IMG/VR virus record: IMGVR_UViG_3300031419_000012 | Source: a virus | DNA: 64,000 nucleotides | Direction: 5' to 3' (one strand) | Part shown: positions 25,552-33,942 of the stretch, in pieces | Layout of the letters: each line of letters opens with the position of its first letter | How positions within the stretch are numbered: position 1 is the stretch's first letter | Translations under genes and position numbers: made by a program | The notes under the pieces: model-generated | The model's database searches: none | What the model was told of the DNA's origin: nothing | Seen by the model: only the letters and a program-made list of their open reading frames with translations

Positions 25552-26556
25552 ATGAAAGCACTCCGCACGGTAACGGATCGTTTTTCACTCATTGATAAAA
25601 TTCGCCGTTTTACGCCGCAAAACGATCGTAACTACCTGTTGCGCTCGGTCCGCGAAACGTTCAGCAACCCGGAAACGCAGGAACGTATTCAGCTGGGGGA
25701 AATGTTCGGCTACTACGGCCACGGGCGACGCGCCGCCTACTATGCGAAAACCGGACGGCTGAACCTGCCGGAATTTGCCGTTGTCATGGTGGATGGTAAG
25801 CCGGTGACGATCGAAAACGTGCCTTCTAACCGGACGCTTGAAGTGAGCCTGGACGATAACGGCGTAGTCACCCACGTTCAGGAGATTCTGGACACCGATC
25901 CGGGCAACATTGTTGATGGCATGAGCCGTTCACGCGCCGGCGGCTGGTCATGGGCGACCGGCGGCGACGATAACGCCGTGTCAAAAGTCACCAGCTTTCA
26001 CGGGTTCGACTATGTGACCGTTCCCAATTACATCAGCCTGGAGCATCCATCAGCCATGCTGGAATCAGCCAGCGATCGTGAAAGTATGATTTGCGCAGGG
26101 CTGGTGGAAAAAGGGTATTCGGAGAATCAGGCAGCGGACATTTTTCAGCACTTTGAAAGTATGCGCGGCCAGGCGGCAATGTTTGAATCGGGAGACGCGT
26201 CACTGCTGGAATCGGCGCTGCACATTGAGCACGGTAAGCGGCTGGAGCTGGAGGATCGGCTACGCAGCGCCAACCTGATGATTGAGAGCGCCGGCAACGT
26301 GGCAAAGTCCCGTCGTAAAATCATGAAAGAGGCGCTGGCCAACATGCCGCTGTTTTTCAGTAAAGAGCAGACTGCTGCGCTGTGCCGGATGGACACGCCG
26401 GAAGATGCGATGATTGTTGCGTCCATTCTGAAATCTATCGGAGCAAAAGCAACTGCTTCACTGCCTATGGGCGCAGGAAAACAGCATGCTCTGCCGCAAA
26501 AAAAGAGTACGACTGCAGAAGAAGGACCGCTTTTCTGGATTACAACAGGGAAATAA
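25552..26556 (+). CDS. pro: Prohead protease
   Basis: TVTDRF...GEMFGYYGHGRR...RAGGWSWATGG...SFHGFDYVT.PNYISL.HP matches recalled P1 Pro; start ATG 25552 after RBS GAGGA. Confidence 0.9.
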   Translation: MKALRTVTDRFSLIDKIRRFTPQNDRNYLLRSVRETFSNPETQERIQLGEMFGYYGHGRRAAYYAKTGRLNLPEFAVVMVDGKPVTIENVPSNRTLEVSLDDNGVVTHVQEILDTDPGNIVDGMSRSRAGGWSWATGGDDNAVSKVTSFHGFDYVTVPNYISLEHPSAMLESASDRESMICAGLVEKGYSENQAADIFQHFESMRGQAAMFESGDASLLESALHIEHGKRLELEDRLRSANLMIESAGNVAKSRRKIMKEALANMPLFFSKEQTAALCRMDTPEDAMIVASILKSIGAKATASLPMGAGKQHALPQKKSTTAEEGPLFWITTGK

Positions 26557-26813
26557 ATTAGAGAGGAGATACCGCGCCCGGTGAAGGGCGCGGTTATGGT
26601 TTCTCTAAAATTAAGAAAAACCTTAATCTTGATCCTTTAGCGGATCAAGTTTATTATCCGCGCTCTGACCAAGCCGGCAAGCCTGGTCAGAACAAAAAAA
26701 ATCGCCTGCTGGTAACAGCCGATTTTTCTACAACTTTATGTGGTTAGCGCCACAACGGCATTGCGCCGTACAACAAAAAAACGATAAATACTTACAAGGA
26801 GTAAGTAGAGATT

Positions 26814-27695
26814 ATGGTAGCTAAAAACAGCGATCACGGCAACTCTTTTCCCTTGCATCGCTCAGATAATAAGCAAATTCCTGTACGAATTACCGGGTAT
26901 GATTTCACCCACGTTATTGAGCTGTCACCTCTCCCTAAGTCACTCACCCGCGTACTAAAATTCGCGTGTAATCTGGCGTGCTCTACGTCCAGATTCGAGA
27001 TCATCAAATCCCTCAGCACCCTGGCAGAAGAAGCAGGCGTGAGCGTTTCTACCGTACAGCGCGCTTATCGCCTGGCGGTTAAACTCGGCATCCTCACTCA
27101 TGAGGAGCAGCGCTGCAAAAATAACCACAAATGGAGTAAGCCCAGCAAGTACACGTTCACCAGCAAAGCACTGGCTTTTGTACAGGCGAGTCTGGCTGAA
27201 CTGAAAGCGGCTAATCTTCAGCCTGCGGGGCGTCAGAGTCTCGTCCGGAAAATCGTTGCTGACACCTTCTCAAAATTAAATTTCACCCTCGCTACCCCTG
27301 GTCAGAATGAACAGGCTACCCCTGGTCAAAATGACCAACAAGAAGTAAGAGATCTCTCCAGAACAAGAGAAACACAATACAGTGAGTCAGCAATTTCGGA
27401 ATCGAAAGAGATTGCGCCAGAGCCACCAGCACCAGAGAAAAAATTCGGGATTTATCAGGAATCACTGCAAAGCCTGGCAGCAGGATCAGCAGCAGCAGAC
27501 AAAGAGCGCCGCGCAGAGGCATACCAGCGCAACGGCCAGCTGATGCACAAGGTGTACGGCTACATCAAATCCACTTTTAAGCCCAAAGCAGCTGCGGGCC
27601 GGAAACCAGAAAGACGCCGCCAGACGGGTGATTTCGCCGGCGACGGCCTGAAGCATGATAACTACGCGATCCCGGAAGGGTTTAAAGGCGCTTAA
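26814..27695 (+). CDS. repL: Lytic replication initiator
   Basis: wHTH LAEEAGVSVSTVQRA, TPGQN repeat and C-terminal YAIPEGFKG match recalled P1 RepL (TPPCQN; WGIPAGFRG). Confidence 0.85.
   Translation: MVAKNSDHGNSFPLHRSDNKQIPVRITGYDFTHVIELSPLPKSLTRVLKFACNLACSTSRFEIIKSLSTLAEEAGVSVSTVQRAYRLAVKLGILTHEEQRCKNNHKWSKPSKYTFTSKALAFVQASLAELKAANLQPAGRQSLVRKIVADTFSKLNFTLATPGQNEQATPGQNDQQEVRDLSRTRETQYSESAISESKEIAPEPPAPEKKFGIYQESLQSLAAGSAAADKERRAEAYQRNGQLMHKVYGYIKSTFKPKAAAGRKPERRRQTGDFAGDGLKHDNYAIPEGFKGA
27291..27334. repeat. Tandem 20-bp direct repeat inside repL (candidate oriL element)
   Basis: GCTACCCCTGGTCAGAATGA-ACAG-GCTACCCCTGGTCAAAATGA. Confidence 0.6.
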
Positions 27696-28183
27696 TCGGT
27701 AACTGTGCCACCAGCATCACGATAGGCAGTCAGCAGCGTTTCGATAGCGTGCGTTTTCTGACCATATGGCGAGCCGGTGAGCGACGCCCAGATATCGTTG
27801 GTTTTGCCAATAGCCGTGCGGATTCGTCCGGCGTGGACGTCGGCATACGCGCCCTGCTCTTTCAGCAGCTGGTCAAGCAAGCGCTCCTGTGACGCGGGGC
27901 TGAAGTCGGGCAGTTTCAGCTGTTTTTTGTAGACCGGCCAGTAGCGGCAAAGCTGCTGATAGCGCCCTGCTGCAGTCGAGGCCAGACCATGCTTATTGAG
28001 CTTTTTCGGGCTGCGATTTGTGAACGGGTGATCGGTGAAGTCGGTGAAGATTTCGCCCAGCTTGTCGCCCAGCCCGGTCACGATAACGTCATAGCCACGC
28101 ATGCGGGTTAACGGGTGAGTACTGGTGCCTTCTGAGAACGCCAGCATGTCGCCAAAGGCTTTACGGTTTGCGGATTGCTCCAT
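27692..28183 (-). CDS. Lambda R-type endolysin (lytic transglycosylase)
   Basis: RKAFGDMLAFSEGT...GYDVIV...STAAGRYQ...DFSPASQ...WASL.GSPYGQ; start ATG 28183. Confidence 0.92.
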   Translation of the reverse strand: MEQSANRKAFGDMLAFSEGTSTHPLTRMRGYDVIVTGLGDKLGEIFTDFTDHPFTNRSPKKLNKHGLASTAAGRYQQLCRYWPVYKKQLKLPDFSPASQERLLDQLLKEQGAYADVHAGRIRTAIGKTNDIWASLTGSPYGQKTHAIETLLTAYRDAGGTVTD

Positions 28184-28215
28184 TGTGATACCACTCTGTA
28201 ATGACTGAGAGCGGG

Positions 28216-28236
28216 ACTGTATGGAGTTTGTAATTT
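28216..28236 (-). promoter_or_regulatory. Late promoter of the endolysin
   Basis: AAATTACAAAC-tcca-TACAGT. Confidence 0.7.
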
Positions 28237-28305
28237 GCGGTGGGAAGAAAAGCCGCATGATGCGGCCATTGTGTGTTAGCTCATAACGTACATTAAGCAC
28301 CTACA

Positions 28306-28329
28306 GTCCGCTCTGTGCCAGGAGCGGAC
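28306..28329 (-). repeat. Palindromic element at left edge of cargo cassette
   Basis: GTCCGCTCCTGGCACAGAGCGGAC on the minus strand; related copy at 32003. Confidence 0.6.
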
Positions 28330-28379
28330 GTTGTTTTTCAACTATTACCCAGGCCTGCGAACCACCTCATCTTTATCCC

Positions 28380-29267
28380 TTAAATTCTCAATGTATCGAT
28401 AACCGCTCTTAGAGCGGGTGACACATTGCGGTGCGGATAATAGATATATGAACCTTCCAGGCGCTGACTGTAGCATTGCAAAACTCTGATCAGCGCCCCC
28501 TGTTCTATATCATCAGAAACTAATTCCTCCGGAACATAAGCCAGTCCCAGGCCTAGCCGGGCTGCTTTGGCTTCCATATAGCTGTCAGCAAAGGCCCATT
28601 GTCCCTGAGGCTGATGGGTTATCTTTTTACCGTCTTGATTGAGTTCCCATGCATACAGGCTGCCGTCTCCAAACTGGTAAGCGATGCAGGGATGAATAAC
28701 TAAATCGGAGGGAGTTTGCGGAAATCCGTAGCGACGAAAGTGCTCGGGCGTGCCGACAACGGCCATCTCCATATCGGGCGAAATGCGCACAGCGACCATA
28801 CCGCTACCTACTTCCGAGCCCAGACGTATACCGGCATCGAAGCGCTCAGCAATAATATCGACAAACCGGCTTTCGCTGATGAGCTCCAGCCGAATATCTG
28901 GGTAGCGTTGTTTAAACACCGCCAGCTTCGGCAGCAGCACTTTATCAATGGCGTGCTGACTGGCATTAATACGGACCGTACCCGATGGGGTATGGCGATA
29001 ATGGGCCAGCGTGGCAAGCCCCATATCTAAAGCGTCAAATCCAGATTCGACGGTTCGATAGAGCAACTCGCCGGCATGGGTGAGCGATAACTTGCGCGTG
29101 GTACGCACCAGAAGCTGCACGCCCAGTCGTTCTTCCAGCTCGCGCACTGCACGACTAATTCCTGACTGCGCCAGGCCAAGCCTCTGCGCGGCGGCAGTAA
29201 AACTCCCTTCTCGCACGACCTGCATAAACAGATAGAGATCGTTATAGTTTTCCCGTTTCGCCATCAT
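28380..29267 (-). CDS. LysR-family transcriptional regulator
   Basis: N-terminal GSFTAAAQRLGLAQSGISRAVRELEERLGVQLLVRTTR; divergent from the hydrolase. Confidence 0.95.
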   Translation of the reverse strand: MMAKRENYNDLYLFMQVVREGSFTAAAQRLGLAQSGISRAVRELEERLGVQLLVRTTRKLSLTHAGELLYRTVESGFDALDMGLATLAHYRHTPSGTVRINASQHAIDKVLLPKLAVFKQRYPDIRLELISESRFVDIIAERFDAGIRLGSEVGSGMVAVRISPDMEMAVVGTPEHFRRYGFPQTPSDLVIHPCIAYQFGDGSLYAWELNQDGKKITHQPQGQWAFADSYMEAKAARLGLGLAYVPEELVSDDIEQGALIRVLQCYSQRLEGSYIYYPHRNVSPALRAVIDTLRI

Positions 29268-29437
29268 CCTTCCCATGCTGCCGCATCACAATTCAGAACA
29301 ATATGTTATCAATCTTAGCATTTTTCACCCTCTAATCAGTACTATTTCTGCTAACTATAATGTGCGCATTGCAACAAAGCACAGCAGCGTTGTCCGTAGG
29401 AAACCTGTTTCTGGCACGTTTTATGAAGGGGATTTTG

Positions 29438-30574
29438 ATGACTGCTTTCACCCAAAAATTGACAACTGCGATACCCGCCCTGTTGTTATGCGCATCATTA
29501 AGTGGAGTCACAAATATGAGTTACGCTGATACAGCCAATCCGAACGCGCCCGTTTCGCTGGTCGAGAAATGGGATAAAACTTTTGCTGAGAGCACGAAAG
29601 TTGATCACCGTAAGGTGACCTTTCCGAACCGATACGGGATCACCTTAGTCGGGGATCTCTACATCCCGAAGGATCGTGGGGATCGCAAGCTGGCAGCTAT
29701 TGCTGTTAGCGGCCCCTTCGGGGCGGTGAAAGAGCAATCCAGCGGCCTGTATGCGCAGACGCTGGCTGAACAGGGATTTGTCACTCTGGCTTTCGACCCT
29801 TCATACACGGGCGAAAGCGGCGGCTACCCGCGCAACGTCGCATCTCCGGATATCAACACCGAGGATTTCAGCGCGGCGGTTGATTTCTTAGGCCTGCAAA
29901 AAGAGGTGGATCGCAACCGTATCGGGCTGCTCGGTATCTGCGGATGGGGCGGCATGGCCTTAAACGACGCCGCGATGGACACGCGTGTCAAGGCGGTGGC
30001 GACCAGCGTGATGTATGACATGAGCCGTGCGATGGGGCATGGCGTGGGCGATGGCAAAGACCGCTATACCACTGCCGATCGTCGTGCCGTATTGCAGTAT
30101 CTGAACAAGCAGCGCTGGAAGGATGCGGAAAATGGCGCTTTCGCGCCAGGCGGGCATGACATTTATGTTGATGAGAAGGGCAACGTCACCGCTTCCGATC
30201 GTATTCTGCCGGAAACTCTGCCCGCGAATCCTAACCCAGTATTGAAAGAGTTCTTTGATTATTACCGCATGCCGCGTGGTTTCCATGAGCGTTCGGTCAA
30301 CTCAACCGGTGCCTGGAATGCAACCATGCCGCTGTCATTTATGAATATGCCGCTGCTGAGTTACGCCAATGAAGTTACTATCCCTACACTCATCGTGACC
30401 GGCGAAAAAGCCCATTCACGCTATTTTGCTGAAGATGCCTTTAAGGCAATCGGCAGCAAAGAGAAAGAGTTAGTGATTGTCCCTGGGGCAAACCATGTTG
30501 ATCTGTACGACAACGTTGCGGGTAAGATCCCATTTGCCAAATTTGAGCAATTTTTCAAAGCAAACTTAAGGTAA
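29438..30574 (+). CDS. Alpha/beta-fold hydrolase with signal peptide (YcjY/COG1073-like)
   Basis: GICGWGG nucleophile elbow, HVDLYD catalytic His, N-terminal signal-like segment; start ATG 29438. Confidence 0.9.
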   Translation: MTAFTQKLTTAIPALLLCASLSGVTNMSYADTANPNAPVSLVEKWDKTFAESTKVDHRKVTFPNRYGITLVGDLYIPKDRGDRKLAAIAVSGPFGAVKEQSSGLYAQTLAEQGFVTLAFDPSYTGESGGYPRNVASPDINTEDFSAAVDFLGLQKEVDRNRIGLLGICGWGGMALNDAAMDTRVKAVATSVMYDMSRAMGHGVGDGKDRYTTADRRAVLQYLNKQRWKDAENGAFAPGGHDIYVDEKGNVTASDRILPETLPANPNPVLKEFFDYYRMPRGFHERSVNSTGAWNATMPLSFMNMPLLSYANEVTIPTLIVTGEKAHSRYFAEDAFKAIGSKEKELVIVPGANHVDLYDNVAGKIPFAKFEQFFKANLR

Positions 30575-30742
30575 CCCGAAAGGTTTACCAGGCCACCTGT
30601 CATAAACGGGTGGCTTTTACCTGCCTGGTGTGACGCAGAATATGTCACATCGCCCCATATTCTCACCCACCTATTATGTCGTTATTCCCTGAATAACTTC
30701 TGACCCGACTGCGCCTGAATCTGGCTGGTTCGATATTAAGGG

Positions 30743-31945
30743 ATGCTAATAATGTCTACTGTAAGTCTAAAACCATCATACGAAAAAAAGCATGCATACT
30801 GGAGCGGCGTATTTGCCATGACGCTTTGCGTGTTTGTGCTGATCGCTTCTGAGTTTATGCCAGTCAGCCTGCTTACGCTCATTGCCCGCGATTTGCACGT
30901 TACCGAAGGGTTGGCAGGGCAAGGAATTGCCGTCTCTGGCGCACTGGCAGTGCTGACCAGTCTGACTATCTCCCATATTGCCGGAGACCTGAATCGTAAA
31001 TATCTTCTGCTTGGGCTAACGGTCTTAATGGCCATATCAGGGTTAGTTATCACCATGGCGCCTGACTATCCGATTTATATGCTGGGGAGGGCTCTGATTG
31101 GCGTCGTCATCGGAGGGTTCTGGTCAATGTCGGCTGCAACCGCCATTCGGCTCGTGCCACAGCACCAGGTTCCCCGCGCACTGGCAATTTTTAACGGCGG
31201 TAACGCGCTGGCCACCGTTGTGGCTGCGCCGCTTGGTAGTTATCTGGGGACAACGGTCGGTTGGCGTGGGGCCTTTTTATGTCTCGTCCCTCTTGCGATA
31301 GCTGCGTTCTTCTGGCAATGGTTCAGCCTGCCTTCAATGGAAAGCGATAAAACACAAAAACCACAGGGGTCTGTGCTTCGTCTGTTCAGCGTTGCCATCG
31401 TACCAACGGGAATGCTTGCCTGCGGGCTCTTCTTTATGGGACAGTTTGCTTTGTTTACCTACGTGCGCCCCTTTCTGGAGAGCGTCACCAGAGTGGGACC
31501 TTCTAACCTTTCTCTGATTTTGCTTGCAATAGGCATAGCAGGTTTTGTCGGCACAATGATCGTCTCAACATTCCTGAACGCCAAATTTTACAAGACCTTA
31601 ATCATGATCCCGTTGCTTATGGCCGCGATTACTGGTGCGTTACTGCTGGTCGGACACCACATCTGGGCCGTTGCCGTATTATTAAGCCTGTGGGGGCTAC
31701 TTGCGACGGCTGCGCCAACAGGATGGTGGACATGGATAGCACGAGCGTTACCCGAAGATGCAGAGAGGGGTGGTGGCCTCATGGTTGCGGTGATCCAGCT
31801 ATCGATTGCGCTTGGTTCAACGGCTGGAGGTCTGGCATTCGACAGTCTGGGATGGAGAAGTGCATTTGGTTTAAGTGGTTTGTTACTACTGGGGGCGGTA
31901 GTGATGACATATGCAACATCCCGTCAAAATAGGAAGGTACACTAA
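30743..31945 (+). CDS. MFS transporter (NepI/DHA1-like)
   Basis: About 12 hydrophobic helices; ASEFMPVSLL and LGRALIG motifs. Confidence 0.93.
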   Translation: MLIMSTVSLKPSYEKKHAYWSGVFAMTLCVFVLIASEFMPVSLLTLIARDLHVTEGLAGQGIAVSGALAVLTSLTISHIAGDLNRKYLLLGLTVLMAISGLVITMAPDYPIYMLGRALIGVVIGGFWSMSAATAIRLVPQHQVPRALAIFNGGNALATVVAAPLGSYLGTTVGWRGAFLCLVPLAIAAFFWQWFSLPSMESDKTQKPQGSVLRLFSVAIVPTGMLACGLFFMGQFALFTYVRPFLESVTRVGPSNLSLILLAIGIAGFVGTMIVSTFLNAKFYKTLIMIPLLMAAITGALLLVGHHIWAVAVLLSLWGLLATAAPTGWWTWIARALPEDAERGGGLMVAVIQLSIALGSTAGGLAFDSLGWRSAFGLSGLLLLGAVVMTYATSRQNRKVH

Positions 31946-32002
31946 CGCAATTCTTTTATATCTGGTGTGCGCTCTTTAAGGACATACGACAGAGGGGCGA
32001 AT

Positions 32003-32026
32003 GTCCGCTCCTCGCTCAAAGCAGAC
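32003..32026 (+). repeat. Palindromic element at right edge of cargo cassette
   Basis: GTCCGCTCCTCGCTCAAAGCAGAC, inverted relative to the 28306 copy. Confidence 0.6.
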
Positions 32027-32128
32027 GGTTAGATTTAATGATGTGCAGCCAGTGAAAACCGTCAGCTCAAGTCTGAGCTGACATATTATGAGCCAGCTGA
32101 ATTAGTTCGTTGCAGGCGTGCAGACAGA

Positions 32129-33478
32129 CTAAAACATGGCAAAGTTTAACCCCTTACCTTCGCCAAATTCCTCCTCAATTTCTCCTGATACCGCCGCCAG
32201 CACGTCATTAAGCGTCAGCTCACCGCCGCCGAACATATCCCCCAGCGCCTGCTGCTGGTGGAACAGTTCGTCGTTGATCTTCTGCGCCATCTTTTTAAAC
32301 GCTGCGCCGATCCGCTTCGCGCTGCGGTTGTTGGCCACGATAAACAGCGCCAAGGCTTCGGCCTCTTTGCTGGCCTCTTCAAAAAGCCCCTGCTGCGCCA
32401 GCACTTCCTGTATCGCCTGCCCGCTGTCCTTCGCCTGGCGCACCAGCTTAATAGCCTCCTGCAGCGCGGCTATCGCCTGCTGATCCAGCCCGTTCACCGA
32501 CTGCACGCCGTCCACCAGCCCGGTAACCGCCTGGCGGTGAACGTCTCCGGAGAGGGTCTGCATCTGTGCAAACTCACTGGCCGCGGTATTAAGCGCCGTC
32601 AGGATGTTGCGCATATCCGAATCGGGTTCCTCAGATACCAGCTTTACCAGCCGTTCATCCTTATAGGCGCGGGCAAAGATCGCATTCTGGATGCGGTCAA
32701 TCAGCTGCTTTGTCGGGCGCCCGTCGTCGGTCAGCAGGCCTGCCGTTGCGGTGTCGCCTATCTCTTTCATGAATGCCCGGATAAAGCCATCATTTGAGCG
32801 CGCCAGCAGGTTGCCGTCGTCGGACGGATTGAAGATGGCCATCAGGCGTTCGTCGAGCATTTCCGCATCCACAAACGCCTTTTCGCTCGCCGCCATTTCC
32901 TGCAGATCTGAGAGGTTGGAGTCCTTCGCAAACTGCGCCCGGTCAACGTCCGTCAGGCGCTCACGCACCAGCACGGGCATATCCATCTGCGCGATATCTG
33001 ACGCCTTCAGGCCGTAGTCTTTCGCGTGCTCAATCAGGTACTGCCGGTATTCATCGGCCTGCCCCTGCTCATACGCGCGCGTGATCCCCATTGAGCGCCC
33101 GTTGCCTGACTCCACCACGTTATCCGCGCCCACGATGGGCGCGCCGTTGCTGCTCATGCCGGAGTCGGTCAGCTTCGCCGGCCGCAGGTTGCCCGCAATT
33201 TTTGAAACCTGCACTTTACTGGTCATGCGCGTGCGGTCGCGCGGCTGCAGCTCTGCCGGGAACGCCGGATTAATGGTTCCGTCGAGGTTGTTTGAGATAA
33301 TCAGGTCGCGGGCATCCACCACCTTAAACGCAGTTTTCACTTCCTGACCTTTGCCTGTCACGACATAGGACGATCGCCCGGTTTGGGTCTCTATTTTGCG
33401 CAGTGAACCAACGAGCCCAATCAGGGCAAAAATGCTGCCGGCGTCGCCCAGCAGGCTCTTTAATTTCTCGTTAAGCAT
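32129..33478 (-). CDS. ddrB: DdrB N-terminal (ParB-like) part, truncated relative to P1 DdrB
   Basis: ELQPRDRTR...GAPIVG.DN.VESGNGR...DSNLSDLQEMAASEKAFVDA matches the recalled P1 DdrB N-terminal half; stops at AMF-TAG-SV. Confidence 0.85.
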   Translation of the reverse strand: MLNEKLKSLLGDAGSIFALIGLVGSLRKIETQTGRSSYVVTGKGQEVKTAFKVVDARDLIISNNLDGTINPAFPAELQPRDRTRMTSKVQVSKIAGNLRPAKLTDSGMSSNGAPIVGADNVVESGNGRSMGITRAYEQGQADEYRQYLIEHAKDYGLKASDIAQMDMPVLVRERLTDVDRAQFAKDSNLSDLQEMAASEKAFVDAEMLDERLMAIFNPSDDGNLLARSNDGFIRAFMKEIGDTATAGLLTDDGRPTKQLIDRIQNAIFARAYKDERLVKLVSEEPDSDMRNILTALNTAASEFAQMQTLSGDVHRQAVTGLVDGVQSVNGLDQQAIAALQEAIKLVRQAKDSGQAIQEVLAQQGLFEEASKEAEALALFIVANNRSAKRIGAAFKKMAQKINDELFHQQQALGDMFGGGELTLNDVLAAVSGEIEEEFGEGKGLNFAMF

Positions 33479-33493
33479 TGTGATCCCGGTAAT

Positions 33494-33517
33494 AAAAAAC
33501 CCCGCTGAAACGGGGTT
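33494..33517 (-). terminator. Terminator between ddrA and ddrB
   Basis: AACCCCG-tttcag-CGGGGTT followed by T run on the minus strand. Confidence 0.6.
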
Positions 33518-33522
33518 GCTGA

Positions 33523-33942
33523 TTAAGCTGCGAGGCCGCTGGCGGCTATCCAGCTGGCGGTTTGCTCTTTCGCGTCGTCCAGCGCCAGATAAACGCCGAT
33601 GTAGTCACCGACTTTGCGCAGCGTCTCCACAAAATCCAGCTGTGTCTGTTGCGTGAATTTTCCGGCCAGAAAGTCTTTAACCACTTCCGGGACGGGCTGA
33701 TCCTCTTTAACAGGGTCCGGCTGTGGCTCCGGTTCCGGCGCCGGGGCGGGCGCTGGCTTCGGTACCGGATCGGGAGCGCTGGTGGCTGGTGCCGGCGCTG
33801 CGCCATAACCCAGCTGCAGCATGATTGCTTCCATCTGGTCATTAAGATCCAGAAGGTCCAGCCCCTTTACCGTCGGGGCTTTGATAATCAGTTCGTCCAG
33901 CTGGTCGGCTAAATCCAGCTTTTCAAGGGCGGTTAACGTCAT
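33523..33942 (-). CDS. ddrA: DdrA-like protein
   Basis: MTLTALEKLDLADQLDELI N-terminus, Pro-rich linker, position between darA and ddrB. Confidence 0.7.
   Translation of the reverse strand: MTLTALEKLDLADQLDELIIKAPTVKGLDLLDLNDQMEAIMLQLGYGAAPAPATSAPDPVPKPAPAPAPEPEPQPDPVKEDQPVPEVVKDFLAGKFTQQTQLDFVETLRKVGDYIGVYLALDDAKEQTASWIAASGLAA

Noticed and set aside
28300-32100. IS or integron as the cargo vehicle
   Set aside because: No transposase, integrase, terminal inverted repeats with target duplication or clear attC core sites could be seen.
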